NCBI GenBank assembly: GCA_000002435.2
Contig: CM018791.1
DNA length: 64,000 nucleotides
DNA from: Giardia intestinalis
Lineage: Eukaryota
Strand: one strand, 5' to 3'
Of this stretch, positions 47,601 to 54,844 are shown one piece after another. The translations under genes were made by a program, and so were the position numbers. The number at the start of each line of letters is the position of its first letter. The stretch's first letter is position 1. A model generated the notes under the pieces. It was not told the origin of the DNA and did no database searches. It saw only the letters and a program-made list of their open reading frames with translations.

Positions 47601-49297
47601 CCGACTTTCCTCTGTCGATTGTGAGCAACAGCATCAAGGTGACAACGGAGCCTCCGTCGTCTCTCAAACTAAATATGGTCCAAACGTTTTCCAAGATAAC
47701 AGATGACCAGATAATGGAGTGCCCGTCGCCGTACTTTAAGCCTCTGGTGTACACCCTTGCTTTCTTCCACGCAACCATCCAGGAACGACAGAAGTTTGGA
47801 AAGTTGGGATGGAATGTCAATTATGATTTCAACGCCAGCGACTTCACCATATCGTTTGAGATTCTTAAGACGTTTCTAACAAAGACATACCTTGCCGGCA
47901 AGGACATCCCGTGGGGAAGCCTTAAGTATTTAATCGGGCTCTGCATGTACGGTGGGCGTGTTTCAGACAACTATGATAGGAGGGTTCTGTCTGTATACAT
48001 GGACGAGTATCTAGGAGACTTCCTATTTGATACCCACAATCCCTTTAGCTTCTACTACAAAAAGGCAGTTGCGCAGGGTGACACGGACTTTGATTACGCG
48101 CCTCCCCCAATAGTATTGATTGAAAACAGTGGTAACCAGGTAGTCGTCCTTACGGAAATGATAACTAAGCTGGTCAAGTACAGCATCCGCAAATATGGTG
48201 CCGCTGGCCTTCCAGGGTGGACCCCGCAGATGTCTGCTACTAACGAAGTACACGTCACAGAATACATAAATAATGTTCTCAAGGAAACGACATCTCTTAA
48301 GGACTGCTACGAGACGTTCTATATTAATCGCATCCCGCTTTTAACGTCACCACAGGTTTTCGGACTACACAGCAACGCAGAAATCTCGTATCTAGAGACA
48401 TCTGCACGAGAGATGTGCGTCTGCCTGGCTGAGCTGCAACCACGGAGCGCCTCGGGAGAGTCTGGCTCCAGAGAAGACTATTTAAAGAGCCTTTGCGAGT
48501 CCCTCGAAAACCGCATCCCTGGTCCATTTGATATGAGCCAAGCACGAAAGAAGTTCAAGGTCCTCACGCCCACGGACATCGTACTCCTCCAGGAGATGGA
48601 GCGCTTCAATATGCTTGTTGTGACCATTGCTAACAGCATCAGCGAACTTCTAAAAGCGTTGGCAGGTGAAATAGGTATGAGTGAGCAGCTGGATAACATA
48701 GCGAACTCATTCTTTATCGGTCAGATACCTCAAGGATGGTTAAGGTTTGCACCCCAAACGCTAAAGATGCTTAGCAACTGGATCCAGCATCTGATGCGAC
48801 GCGCAGACCAGTACAAGCTGTGGTACACCCAAGGAGAACCTGCAGTCATGTGGTTGAGTGGTCTGCACATTCCCGAGTCATATTTAACTGCACTGGTGCA
48901 GATCACAAGTCGTATCAAGAAATGGCCTCTTGATAAAAGCTCGCTCTTCACCACTGTAACTAAGCTTACTAGTCTGGATGAGCCTCCGGAGAAGCTGGAG
49001 TTTGGGTGCTATGTTAGTGGATTGTTCTTGGAGGGCGCCACATGGGATACAGCGAGAGATTGTCTAGCGTTCAGCAACAAAAAGGAGCTGATAACTCAGC
49101 TTCCGTTTGTGCAAATAGTTCCAGCTGAGGCCTCGCGGATCAAACTGCGTGGTCAGTTTAAGGCCCCTGTTTATGTCACCACTGCCAGAACGAATGCAGC
49201 AGGCAAAGGCCTTGTGTTCAGTGCCGATCTTTCATCAACCGAGCACGAGTCTCTCTGGGTTCTTCAAGGAACAGCTGTTATATTGAACGATAATTAG
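32645..49297 (+). CDS. dynein heavy chain (5550 aa, single uninterrupted ORF)
   Basis: Four AAA P-loops at the expected spacing: AAA1 GPAGTGKTE (about 40011..40035), AAA2 GPSQGGKS (about 40972), AAA3 GESGNAKTT (about 42318), AAA4 GYGGSGRRS (about 43664). A coiled-coil stalk region lies around 44400..45400 and a C-terminal domain follows. The N-terminal tail is about 2450 aa before AAA1. ATG at 32645 follows gggaaataaaa. Confidence 0.9.
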   Translation: MPAPDLRAQWIIEVVSMYLQYSQVDIECLIVDGGQYSPLLHSFFDCTLNHPALYFYTHTETGQLIIASDPPQATAKYLLYMVHRPLGDDQGFSPIQEPEGPDGPYADLTDEVRCEISQRLDISLISGNVLSSLATSLQNQYSPLVSAGDPEIMFQSRKLAVAASAADAQLCSKYVIEVPNLDISDPRVAAQDAAIVSTVQRLFEEWVQVLQAAMEEYDRLNPAGDLPMAELESWRKKSALLSNLYEDLCSPQFKKLFAVLEYSHATVFSGFSLLRQDVARACLEAKDNARFLSTLERHFKMISRSPLPALSETITSLYAALRMVWTISRYYNTEDRLLPLMHRIAKHITARVRSSINIKELFSSSSRNAAILSGLAGQNFYGQGAIEALATNASEALGSSTFMDAGRRSLTKVSSSQIIPTTSTSDNYTPIDILHAAGQVLTKWKAQYNETKQKIEESTTDTKRWELDKRVLFGETDFHLARVETLIGCVQSVMEFSQIISPDVQRVIGDQSGLREVRKAISELPSELIAFDQKIWSPSHTTEFEALLSNFKAKVSQTEVKAFSYIDRSFKRLRDVSSGLELVSRLSLKTASDTSEARGTAATTILSNHMSGKIEETLRQYCEELQRSIKEFELKKDQPPIGIDLPPLAASVVWARSLFVAVKEPYRIMRQLGDDVLKASQAAAEATALFNELASNLRTFEQKRFQAWRVDADAIILKSLRSPLLGEKRILSVSDLRKASLDPDGTFLPKLVIPNLMATCAMQGTGQLTTAVPANSKDKVRRSTIRQSIPDSLPQHAAYADMTGATYLSPTVTSLILKEYGLEMCVNFPPELNALIDEVSALDRLGFRVGETALNVCLQKAKYETHAEGLKMLISSLNSALQDFLPLVAGSTPAMVSDIKRKANSMELIRKSVSKAAVVIRPGFGPLNWNSLSVDDYLERALSACSELSQSCQQILKTIMLMEQCIKGITNTRLIPTQAALLLAGASTNAPAPITESGAGGASTQLVPPGSNSSAAGEHKPTIAEIMARATQLKKKQQLEGKRPDSPTTLFLAALKSLEARGKMGTEEEYESIPTMSLPEFSSRLEEFRAKSLMGSLEKYYSLGPLLVKIEELSFGTSTGKCPGLRTYYEYWTNRVYNALVVMIGTALKDFSILLRGVNTQSERDSAKRNSKYLRDRYTPLFQLNLSLSSPEIIVTPSLSSILNTLNNQVEQLVKVACPFVIWIPGSIAMHEPEPATSATGAEILSTDENATSIRRNELYGFKRKTTKQGDGQDVVDASSTEEVVVRSYSPRVSQHSTITMLATQLKSKIQSSILDIQEYIRAWSHYEQIWKSNRLPIVGRFAALSPNASTFDYVLSFFTATMDVLKDAHKEKMAIYTDIQADTVEAEALTSANDMSRPSRPSTTNRPGSAASASGKSTTKDTADGDPHDSESHTSILPTKRHMYLSSNYIYTMFNLTAANDNLIDAIPINNSISIHPPIKVLFNIAVLHANSLVKSIIHECQLWREAICRAIIEKARPMLLDSYNEIDEEFRNCVAQARDLESLKIVLSTLRRVANRTMSMELTWLELESLFALLQAYNAEVRIKFDKSLLSGSPNRGSRVGSPTRGSNTSPQLTAEQLEQRKRDAALYSALQPFVLEFENDDLGPILDQTDLGWSGSSLRELINLSDTDPRLCNAEIGVALTSGAGGAGTSLTSSLENLTIFTSTEEGAAAMATAAKSKKAMKTTNVRVFEQEIQAAYAIRSRWASLLSIVKEVDRLLVEIKRKQAEETTKLARVFEKEMHAFVKEFNEEGPYHYLSVYFEEVAQLEQEGKKHTKTLTDILEDVFELYKASKEKFGAIVVKRDTTILAQRLFNLDPINSMSLTPIEKELDAEGAILAIYDQVRQTFKEWDRLYFSSLDPSMLETGCDGMRTTLRRLPAEYRSHTMYETLDTILRNYKDSIPLLQDLRNDALRARHWLQVEQLTGQTLFSNAEQAQNLTLGQLTSLDLSRYTQQINEIVVGARKELSIEKGLADIAEVWTKTRMPVKRYENAKGQDRGFILKALDDILLIIEDNSLNLQSMSASKYVAHFSNDVRLWEKRLSIISDVLEAWIICQRQWLYLEGIFSGSEDLKVQLPEEANRFERIDNSYLKLMSEIGKTNTSVLDAAQANGRLALLKSLIAQMETCQKALTDYLNSKRSLFTRFYFISDDELLFLLGNSSDPAQVQTHLRKMFEGVQTFQFQRGGTNTVIAVNSPEGEYLPLNQAVRIDSATMPIETWMTAIDNEIKNSMKLHIKTGIFDFGNNYNCQTRVEWVKKHYGQVSLVASMIWWVFDAESAFKDLEAGENMGAMKATASRYSQQIENLVLEIRKNLSKHDRLKINTLIIEDMHNRDLLDRFVRDSIISASSFDWESQLRFYWDRIQDTILVKQSSNSPIIYSYEYLGLTTRLVLTPLTDRCIITINTALSNFLGGAPAGPAGTGKTESVKDLAKQLGIFCLILNCSEGMDYKSFGSILSGISESGVWLCCDEFNRIDAPVLSVISGQIKIIQVGLMAMAKAMNSGETSGPNVGRIHLEGREIDLKPTSSIFITMNPGYAGRTELPDNLKALFRPIIMTKPDNAIIAEVMFLAEGFLQSRVLSKKMTVLYQLASEQLSKQYHYDFGLRALKSVLVNAGKLKRSDPDANEELLLMRALRDMNLPKFVFEDVPLFMGLINDLCPNIKLEAGETSGSESGKSSLTQIYTPEQEQALLERGPATIREAAYLSLKESGYELLPNQLLKVEQTYETMQARHSVMIVGPSQGGKSVILNTFAAANTKLGCKTVFTTINPKAIPVSEVYGVLNPDTREWIDGLLSKIFRNINDPSFYLTNPMIANAVATNPSSILVPILFDGDVDAIWIESMNSVMDDSKLLTLPNSERIRLQDWCKLLFEVSDLQYASPATVSRCGMVWVDTKNLGYEPRFKRWIRERFDNSLSRRSLDDTGSQPNRAKDSVPDVDTSSQEEAKQLIMSLYEKYIPPLIDYVLNGVKLNSSTGQIEVVSPLRLIYATSDISMVSQFCNIFDDIVKKAEQCKHDEILYSKSAAEEEDPLVNKPGDKGDSSQPFRFADLNDPMTLEALFIFTLVWSIGGLIHDQDRTNFDLYLRELSGLPLKSGISVAETVSSSHLPGGMITASGGSTLGAQQTSTLYDFYFDLKRNYWCPWSQFVKPYTPPSDGRFSSIIVATLDTVRNSWLLDTMMRNDRNVLFIGESGNAKTTIAKSFLNSLSPDHYITLGLNFSSRTMSIDIQVALEDNLDRRSKDTLGPPGGRKMILFTDELSMPVVDTYGTMQSIAALKLLVEKKGLFDRNPKSLMWRKILDVYILGCLKPVGGSSNKLDPRFVSNFSVLNISTPIEDSLNHIYNSILVTHMKDCNYQFDSSGDPENNLRHITTISKKITAATLSVYNTILHTLSPTPSRFHYLFNLRDLSRVYEGLCMALPEKFPTFASLVKLWKNEFMRVFADRLICPEDHAVVSQQLTTKIAEFFGDVEGIESVAKEPLIYGDFRELPLLLDNYEAVKMGVDPENKCFRMYEELIEGNPIQRDADPAVPDEADQGATVVDNIEEREEGDGEEDLNEDGTVNLNSMATSVVDTAPKKEASAEDDPYRLVRQLGQMGLEAYNRFMRPPLVGIVLFDDALSHLVKLHRMLRTPRGSMLLVGYGGSGRRSLTKLAAFMCGYGIFEITLSRSYGENEFKEDLKEIYRRLAPPKNKDQQIVFLFTDQHVAEESFLEYINSILTTGSVPALFSDDERDAFINQVRADALSNGCPDTRDSLWSYFVNSCRDRLHVVLSMNPVGNTLRVRCRNFPGLVSSCVIDWFSAWNDDALRSVARYALELSDHQKLEIVENSVFVSGNDPQGEDILNNKERLADLKKKLLNNIIETCIMFHNHTVNLSETYWARIRRRNFVTPRNFVDFLTSYLSLLQKLRQDCDGDINRFSQGLQKLSQAESEVTELQTTLNEQSVILEEKTKACNEMVAAIEKQSVETAKLQKEAAETEKELKIQEQEITVEKGEAEEQLAAAIPALEAAEEALNNLDPLAIAEIRAFTNPPNAVRQISECVVVFMKQDTDPNWQKAKSLMSGNFISDLKTFDKSLLRDKTVKYVETKYLSKKDFGREVIEKVSKAGLCLYDWVTAMVKYYAVAKDVEPKKKRVAKLEEQLEQSSKDLAQLQSKILSLEEDSKRLRDQLQAAQNEQQELADSAALMAKRLDAAKRLIAGLGTEKVRWGQAADKLRENRRKLVGDCLVAAANLSYSGSFTYEYRLKLVYEHWCLEVVDKHIPSSIEVTETYEIDQETQQQTKKRLVNRSYKPELLLTTDVEILKWNSDGLPSDDLSVQNGVLITRTPKWPYVVDPQLQVNRWIKEKEKGSKLIVRSVNDDDVVKQLELAITYGSPFLLENCAEQLDPILTPILEKDIRDSSGRKYIILGDKEVDYDMNFRLFMTTKLPNPSLSPDMFGLVTVVNHLVTESGLESQLLNAVVRRERPDLESKRMNLVKNMSQANSLLKSLEETLLRELSSATGVIVDNTSLIQTLEETKSKATELQANLEVMTVTAEEINVARNQYSAAALRGTCCFFVMYGLGTISAMYQYSLQAFNDIFSKSLAEAQTDPVVEVRLNYIIDKLTENVYSYVTTSLFERHKLMFSFQLCTSIITTEYPPDTIPSAELSFFIKGDISLDQCTVVCNHQWISASGWKDLVKLQSIFSSLQIDQSREETFIGTVKARRNDILDNELSKKYPTKTCDIFKDLLENINKTNANEWKAYWEDDRPELLPLPGVYSDNPFITDLQKLCILRCLRPDRVYIAVQLFVASVLGEKFVSPPITIYENIYAQSSRSTPMLFILSPGSDPIIEITKLAQKQDFYGSRFKFVALGQGQSPVAEAYLKQAISRGHWVLLMNCHLLPKWLKTLEKILEGPMNAEQVIQMQNQIFEAAKLESENTGQPIPQELIDNQVVNQINKQVNPDFRIFLTTEPTTDFPLSIVSNSIKVTTEPPSSLKLNMVQTFSKITDDQIMECPSPYFKPLVYTLAFFHATIQERQKFGKLGWNVNYDFNASDFTISFEILKTFLTKTYLAGKDIPWGSLKYLIGLCMYGGRVSDNYDRRVLSVYMDEYLGDFLFDTHNPFSFYYKKAVAQGDTDFDYAPPPIVLIENSGNQVVVLTEMITKLVKYSIRKYGAAGLPGWTPQMSATNEVHVTEYINNVLKETTSLKDCYETFYINRIPLLTSPQVFGLHSNAEISYLETSAREMCVCLAELQPRSASGESGSREDYLKSLCESLENRIPGPFDMSQARKKFKVLTPTDIVLLQEMERFNMLVVTIANSISELLKALAGEIGMSEQLDNIANSFFIGQIPQGWLRFAPQTLKMLSNWIQHLMRRADQYKLWYTQGEPAVMWLSGLHIPESYLTALVQITSRIKKWPLDKSSLFTTVTKLTSLDEPPEKLEFGCYVSGLFLEGATWDTARDCLAFSNKKELITQLPFVQIVPAEASRIKLRGQFKAPVYVTTARTNAAGKGLVFSADLSSTEHESLWVLQGTAVILNDN

Positions 49298-51285
49298 TTT
49301 ATCAACCATCCGTTCGACTCTAAAGTAAATGCTTTATCTACACTTAAAAGAACATCGTTACGCAGCATTGAGAGGGCATCTTCTGCAGTGCGCGACTCGC
49401 TGAGTAGTTTTTTCAGAGTTGTCTGCTGGGTAGATGATGTGTGCAATCCTAGAGACTGCACCAAAGTCTCTATAGGCTCAAGAGATGCACTGTTGAGGGC
49501 AAGGATAACTAGGCACAAAGTAGCATATCCATCGCGAATGATCGCCTGCCTTCCCATGTGCGTGTCGGTGTACGTGGCTGCAATCTGCTGAAAGACATTT
49601 CGAAGATTGTCAAGGCTAATATACGTTGCTGTCGAAGTCAGAAAGATGTCAATGGAAGAATAAAGCATCTCGCTTACAGTTAGTAAGACGATTAGCAAGA
49701 CATTATAGCTGTGATATTGGTGTAGCGCTCGACCAAACAAGGTGAGGATGCCGGGGGCCTTTGCTGGATCACAGCCGTATTCTCTATAACAGAAACCTGC
49801 TGTCTCTCTCATCCAACTGAGGGACAAGAAACCCATCTTATTGATTACAAAGAATATCATCATTGTAGTTGTCTCTGGGTTAGAGGTCAGCCGTGTTCGC
49901 AGAAGGTCTACAGCCTCCATCAGAAACTTTGTCTTTGTCTCATAGTCGAATGAAAATCTATCTATGCACTGAGTTACCGCTAGAACCACTACCTGAGGAT
50001 TTAACATGTTAGTCTCCATCAATGCCAGCGCCAGACGGCAGCCTGCATGTGCAACTGTGTTATCGCTGCCGTTTGCAAGGTTGGAAATAATGGGCGTGAT
50101 AGTAGGTCTCAACTTAGGAAGATAAACAGAGAGGTCTGGAGAACTTTGCAGGACGTCGGCTAGCCTGTTAAAGCCTATCATGAGAGAACGCTTCCCTCCT
50201 GGCGATGCAACGAGATGAAAAATCCTTGGGAAGACATCCTCCAGGAGCTCAGGCGTGTGAAGACATCTGTTAAGAATGACCGTCATGCTGCATTCTATTA
50301 GCATACCTGCCCGGATATTGCTGTAATGCTCATCCGGCGAGTTATCAGGCCCCTCTGTAACTTGCATTCTGGGAGCACGCAGGTATCTCCAGATTACCTT
50401 CTGAAAAGTGGCAATTGCCTCGGATGGGAGACGAGAAATCTGGGAGCCTAGAAGCTTTATCACTGCAAGCTGAAGGAATGGATTAAGCACTCCATGATAG
50501 AAATCGAACGACCGTGGCCAGGAACCTTCTGTAATGTTGTCCCATACATTTAGAAGCTTCATCAGGTATGTGTCAGTAACAAGCTGGGAGTAGTAATCAG
50601 TGGACAATAAGCGTGTTGCGAAGAAAACGGAGCCCTGTATAAGTTTCCATGAAAGACTCCCGGACTCAATAAGATCCATATCGTCCTCAATAGCGTGTAT
50701 GGCCTTAGCAAACGAGACCCTCAAAAATTGACTTTTGTAGTCAGTGAGGGATCCTAAGAATACATAGCAGGGGACAATTGTCTGAGGGCCGCCTTTTCTA
50801 AGTAAAGACAGTGCTTCGGGAACAACAGCTTCAATCAAGGATTCTGTTCGTGGCATACTCCTAGCGAGATATCCGAGCATTATTCGTGCTCCGTCACTAG
50901 AGCCAGACGTGCTCAGTTCCCTGCAGACTGAGTTAAGGAGAAAGTGTTCCCATATAACTAGCGGCGGGTCTGCATACTCGAGTGCTAAAATCCCCACCAC
51001 CTTGTCCTGGATGGCGGGCCGTGCTAACAGTGAAGCAGCCATGGGTATAACTTCCTGAATACGCGAGGGGTTATTTATCAAACCCCCGTCGATATTGTCT
51101 GAAATCGTGTCTGCCAAGATAAGTTTGAGCAAAGCAGCACGCATTCTACGGCAAGCCTTCTCACTTGCTAGGTATCCAGCGCGCACAATGCGCATTGATG
51201 GTGCAACCTCTCTTTCCACAGCCAGGCATCGGTCATCCTTTGACTCTAGATTTCGCACCTGCGAGGTAAAGCGTTCATATAACAT
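49294..51285 (-). CDS. hypothetical alpha-helical (ARM/HEAT-like) protein
   Basis: The ORF overlaps the dynein stop by 4 bp, convergently. The track start is a GTG at 51390. The ATG at 51285 (MLYERFTSQ...) is preceded on its strand by agaaaataaaATG. No recognisable motifs. Confidence 0.5.
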   Translation of the reverse strand: MLYERFTSQVRNLESKDDRCLAVEREVAPSMRIVRAGYLASEKACRRMRAALLKLILADTISDNIDGGLINNPSRIQEVIPMAASLLARPAIQDKVVGILALEYADPPLVIWEHFLLNSVCRELSTSGSSDGARIMLGYLARSMPRTESLIEAVVPEALSLLRKGGPQTIVPCYVFLGSLTDYKSQFLRVSFAKAIHAIEDDMDLIESGSLSWKLIQGSVFFATRLLSTDYYSQLVTDTYLMKLLNVWDNITEGSWPRSFDFYHGVLNPFLQLAVIKLLGSQISRLPSEAIATFQKVIWRYLRAPRMQVTEGPDNSPDEHYSNIRAGMLIECSMTVILNRCLHTPELLEDVFPRIFHLVASPGGKRSLMIGFNRLADVLQSSPDLSVYLPKLRPTITPIISNLANGSDNTVAHAGCRLALALMETNMLNPQVVVLAVTQCIDRFSFDYETKTKFLMEAVDLLRTRLTSNPETTTMMIFFVINKMGFLSLSWMRETAGFCYREYGCDPAKAPGILTLFGRALHQYHSYNVLLIVLLTVSEMLYSSIDIFLTSTATYISLDNLRNVFQQIAATYTDTHMGRQAIIRDGYATLCLVILALNSASLEPIETLVQSLGLHTSSTQQTTLKKLLSESRTAEDALSMLRNDVLLSVDKAFTLESNGWLIN
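49325..49331 (+). promoter_or_regulatory. putative poly(A) signal AGTAAAT for the dynein gene
   Basis: 28 nt downstream of the TAG stop at 49295..49297. Confidence 0.4.
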
Positions 51286-51368
51286 TTTATTTTCTGATAG
51301 ACCATTCCCTGCAGGGACGGCGGTCCGTAAGGAGGCAGGGAAAGTTTTAGACTTCCTAAAAAACAAAA

Positions 51369-53327
51369 ATGCAATTTGCTGCCTTGCCACGTCGCTACAA
51401 ATATGAGACTATCTTGGGTGATGTGAAGGCATCCAGGACCAGCAAATGCAGCGATACGTCTAGTAGCAGAGTGGTGGCAGTCAGATTTGTTCAGGAAGAA
51501 TTTTACATTTCGGAGGATTCGAAGGCAAAAACGTCAGCTGACTACCCGGAAGGTGACCGAGTGAAGATTGATCGGAGCAAAGGCGTGTATATAGAGCAGA
51601 TCTCTTTTCTCCTTGGGCTTAAGAACCAGTATTTGCTTTCATACGACAAGCTGACTTCCGGGATTGCAACGGGGCGTTTTTATCTCCCCATGACATTTGT
51701 TCGCGGAGGATCCCTTAGAGATTGGATGGTCGAGCGTAAAGAATCCAAAACCCCTCTGACCCCGGTAGAGCTGTGGAGACTACTGTCTCCGGTAATTTCT
51801 GCTCTTGCCTACCTTCACGGTAGTTACAAAACAGAGAAGTATACCACTGCTGCTGGCACCCAAAAACCAATCCGCCAACTTTATCACGGCGGCGTACACC
51901 CTGGAAACATTTTGCTTACGGAAGGAGGCTCTACGCTTCTTACTGATCCATGCATCTGCCGCACGGCAACCATGAGCACTTTTATTCTGGATTTGGAAAA
52001 TGCTCAGAAGCAACGGGACAAGTTCAAGTCCATTCAAGGGTACCTGTCATACCTCGCTCCAGAGGTGTTGCAGACCTACAAGCATCTTCCTGCCTCCGAT
52101 ATATGGTCTCTGGGCATTATCGCCCTAGAGATGTTCTCATCTAGAAAGCCTAAAGTACCCCCATATGGGCCAGATGCAGTAGACTACTTTTCCACTTGGA
52201 CCCCGCCGGATACCTCGTCTTTTCCCAGTGAGGTAGCGTATTTTTTAGAATCTACTTTGGCTATTAGACCGGAAGACAGGATTACAGCCGGAGATTTACT
52301 TCAACTGCCGTTTATTCAAAGGATAATGCAAGAGAAGATAGCCGGACGAAGTGTAACTGTAACCATAGCAGCCTGTGGCGATGGTGTCAATGGAGGCCTG
52401 TCTGGTGAGCAAAAGCAGCCAGTGACTACTTCACTTCCGGCATTGACTGCAGAAGACTTCAAAAGAATGTTTCCAGGGGAAAAGGTGCCCAGCTGCATCC
52501 TTAAAAGGGAAAGAGATCTACAAGCTCAAATACAGAATGGTGACAGTAATCTTCTCGATTCAACTACGTCCGGAGCTAAGAAAAAATCTAGTTCCAAAGC
52601 ACGTGGATTGAAAATCCCGGGAAATTATAAAGATACACATGACGGCCTTATCAATGCAATAAAGGACAACAATCTGAATGCCGTCAAAGCTCTTGTAAGG
52701 CACGCTAAGAGCTATGATAAAAATGGACTAACTGCAATGGCCCATGCTGCCATCCTAGGTCGCTCAGAAGTTGTCGAACTTCTTCTTCCCCATGAGGGAG
52801 GAATGCGGCTGAAGTGTGACAGAGATGTGGCAAACCTTCTCTATTCATCGCCGACATCAATGATGCTTGCCGCATCCGAAGGCAATGACGCAGTGATTAG
52901 GGTGCTACAAGACTGCGAGGCTCGTGCATCAACTGCGAATCATTGTAGAACAGCCCTTATGGCTGCTGCTGCGTGCGGTTATCCGTCGATTGTCTCCCTG
53001 TTGGTCAAGGACGAGGCACGGATGACGACAGATAATGGTACAACTGCTCTGATGCTTAGTGCAAGGGGAGGGCGGCTAGAATGTGTGAGTATTTTGGTAC
53101 AACAGGAGCACGGATTGGTTGACAGGTGGGGCAACTCCGCTCTAGTTTTAGCCGCAGTTAATGGTCATATGTCTTGTGTAGATGTCTTGGCTGAATACGA
53201 AGGTGAAGAATATGCGCGGCGTGCCATAAGTCTTGCCCCAGAAGCTAACAGGGAGGAGCTCACTGCTAAGCTTCTAACGTACATTAGTGCACCTCCTCCC
53301 GCAAAGAACTCTCTAGTTATAGTTTAG
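51369..53327 (+). CDS. NEK-like protein kinase-fold protein with degenerate catalytic motifs (predicted pseudokinase) and C-terminal ankyrin repeats
   Basis: Kinase-fold elements are present (YLAPEVLQ, DIWSLGIIALEMFS). HRDLKPEN is replaced by HGGVHPGN, DFG by DPC, and VAIK by VVAVRF. The C-terminus has four or more ankyrin repeats (GLTAMAHAAILGRSEVVELLL, RTALMAAAACGYPSIVSLLV, GTTALMLSARGGRLECVSILV, GNSALVLAAVNGHMSCVDVLA). ATG at 51369 follows aaaaaacaaaa. Confidence 0.75.
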   Translation: MQFAALPRRYKYETILGDVKASRTSKCSDTSSSRVVAVRFVQEEFYISEDSKAKTSADYPEGDRVKIDRSKGVYIEQISFLLGLKNQYLLSYDKLTSGIATGRFYLPMTFVRGGSLRDWMVERKESKTPLTPVELWRLLSPVISALAYLHGSYKTEKYTTAAGTQKPIRQLYHGGVHPGNILLTEGGSTLLTDPCICRTATMSTFILDLENAQKQRDKFKSIQGYLSYLAPEVLQTYKHLPASDIWSLGIIALEMFSSRKPKVPPYGPDAVDYFSTWTPPDTSSFPSEVAYFLESTLAIRPEDRITAGDLLQLPFIQRIMQEKIAGRSVTVTIAACGDGVNGGLSGEQKQPVTTSLPALTAEDFKRMFPGEKVPSCILKRERDLQAQIQNGDSNLLDSTTSGAKKKSSSKARGLKIPGNYKDTHDGLINAIKDNNLNAVKALVRHAKSYDKNGLTAMAHAAILGRSEVVELLLPHEGGMRLKCDRDVANLLYSSPTSMMLAASEGNDAVIRVLQDCEARASTANHCRTALMAAAACGYPSIVSLLVKDEARMTTDNGTTALMLSARGGRLECVSILVQQEHGLVDRWGNSALVLAAVNGHMSCVDVLAEYEGEEYARRAISLAPEANREELTAKLLTYISAPPPAKNSLVIV

Positions 53328-53350
53328 CTGTAGATTATCTACTGAATTGT

Positions 53351-54496
53351 ATGTCAGCTAAAGAATTTATGATTACATGGTCTATAGACTCTATCTATGT
53401 GGTGCTACTCCTAAGAACACTGATACCGTATACATGTTTGTTTCTGAGTAGCCTAATCCCCCCGCACATACCAGTCTACGATAAGCGGATGGGTGTTATT
53501 CGCGTCTTTCTATCGTGGGATGTCGAATGGTTTCTAAGGATAGCGGGCGGCGGCTATAGCACGGAAGCTCGTCTTGCATTCTTCCCTGCCTTGCCCTTCT
53601 TGCTTCGTGAGATTGGCATCAAGGGTGTCCTCGCATTGAACGGAGTGCTACGGATCATAAATGCAGTACTCCAGATTAAGTTATGCTGGCACCTGAATCG
53701 ATTGGCTGGAGAAGCTTTCACACCGCAAACTATAAGGAAGCTCCACTTCCTCCTCATTTTTTCACCAATAGCTGTGTTTGAAACAGTTCCATACACAGAA
53801 ACCCTGTTTGGATGTCTGAGCGTAATGTTTCTTTTAGTGTACAGCTCCATGACTCTTTACAATAAAAAGGTACAGGTACTTGGTTATGTTGCGCTTGTAC
53901 TGATAGGCATGCTGATGGGACTGGTTAGAAATACAGCCGTATTTCATGCAGGATACTTTATGTTTGGTGTAATTTTCTTGTCCAGGCCCATAGGAGAGCT
54001 TATCCTTAGTGGGTATTATTTTCTATCCGTTCTTCTTCCGCTGAAAAGAAGATTGGAGCAGTATTATGAAATGTGTATACCCTTGAAGAATGTCTCTAAA
54101 ATCTACTCGAATATTCAGAATAAGTACTGGGGTGTTGGTCTCTTTAACTACTGGAAAATCACAAATCTTCCACGGTTTTTGCTTGTCCTTCCATCAACAT
54201 TTCTGTGTCTGAGTTATATGTTTACAGAAAGCAAGAAATGGATACATAGCGTCTGCCGAGAACGCAATGTATTCCCGAGGCTTACATCCTTTAAGTTTGC
54301 GGTTGCTACTCATGCTTTCGTATTGACAAGTATAGTAGTTTTTTTGGCCAATGTGGAAATCCTACCGCGAATTCTGCTTTCTTCGTGCCCTAGCATCCTA
54401 GCTCATGTTCCCTTTAACCGTAGCACTATCTATATGGTTGTTCTCGTTTCCACGCTCGGGGCGGGGCTCTTCGGGGCGTTCCTTCCCTGGACGTAG
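53351..54496 (+). CDS. PIGV: GPI mannosyltransferase 2 (PIG-V/Gpi18 family), multi-pass membrane protein
   Basis: LSWDVEWFLRIAGGGYSTEARLAFFPALPFL matches the PIG-V signature region (human ...[30 protein letters not shown]...). The extreme C-terminus GAFLPWT matches the human PIG-V C-terminus (...NFLPWT). There are multiple hydrophobic helices. The start could be 53351 or the ATG at 53369. Confidence 0.75.
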   Translation: MSAKEFMITWSIDSIYVVLLLRTLIPYTCLFLSSLIPPHIPVYDKRMGVIRVFLSWDVEWFLRIAGGGYSTEARLAFFPALPFLLREIGIKGVLALNGVLRIINAVLQIKLCWHLNRLAGEAFTPQTIRKLHFLLIFSPIAVFETVPYTETLFGCLSVMFLLVYSSMTLYNKKVQVLGYVALVLIGMLMGLVRNTAVFHAGYFMFGVIFLSRPIGELILSGYYFLSVLLPLKRRLEQYYEMCIPLKNVSKIYSNIQNKYWGVGLFNYWKITNLPRFLLVLPSTFLCLSYMFTESKKWIHSVCRERNVFPRLTSFKFAVATHAFVLTSIVVFLANVEILPRILLSSCPSILAHVPFNRSTIYMVVLVSTLGAGLFGAFLPWT

Positions 54497-54497
54497 G

Positions 54498-54511
54498 GCG
54501 CAGATTTGGGC
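54498..54511 (+). promoter_or_regulatory. histone promoter motif GCGCAGATTTGGGC (H4 copy 1)
   Basis: 34 to 47 bp upstream of the H4 ATG at 54545. It directly follows the PIG-V-like stop codon. Confidence 0.6.
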
Positions 54512-54544
54512 TAAAAAAGAAGACGCGGGAAGGGGCAAATAAAA

Positions 54545-54844
54545 ATGTCTGGCAAGGGTAAGGGTAAGGGCTACGGCAAGTCGAAGCGCCACTCGAAGGA
54601 GAAGGACACGCTCGGGGGCATCACGAAGCCCGCCATCCGCCGTCTGGCGCGCCGTGGAGGTGTGAAGCGCATCTCCTCGACGATCTACCAGCAGACCCGC
54701 GAGGTCCTCAAGGCGTTCCTCGAGGTCGTTCTCCGCGACTCCCTCACATACACAGAACACGGCCAGCGCAAGACGGTCACGTCCCAGGACGTCGTCTACG
54801 CTCTCAAGCGCCAGGGCCGCACACTCTATGGATTCGGGATCTAA
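54545..54844 (+). CDS. H4: histone H4 (copy 1)
   Basis: [20 protein letters not shown]...[30 protein letters not shown] gives unambiguous H4 core sequence, divergent in the N-terminal tail. ATG is at 54545 after caaataaaa. Confidence 0.92.
   Translation: MSGKGKGKGYGKSKRHSKEKDTLGGITKPAIRRLARRGGVKRISSTIYQQTREVLKAFLEVVLRDSLTYTEHGQRKTVTSQDVVYALKRQGRTLYGFGI

Noticed and set aside
32921-48954. About 30 short ORFs (60 to 130 aa) antisense to the dynein heavy chain gene
   Set aside because: They lie inside a strongly supported 5550-aa coding sequence, are short, have no recognisable motifs, and many start at non-ATG codons in the track. This is the expected random antisense ORF background in a 16.6-kb gene.
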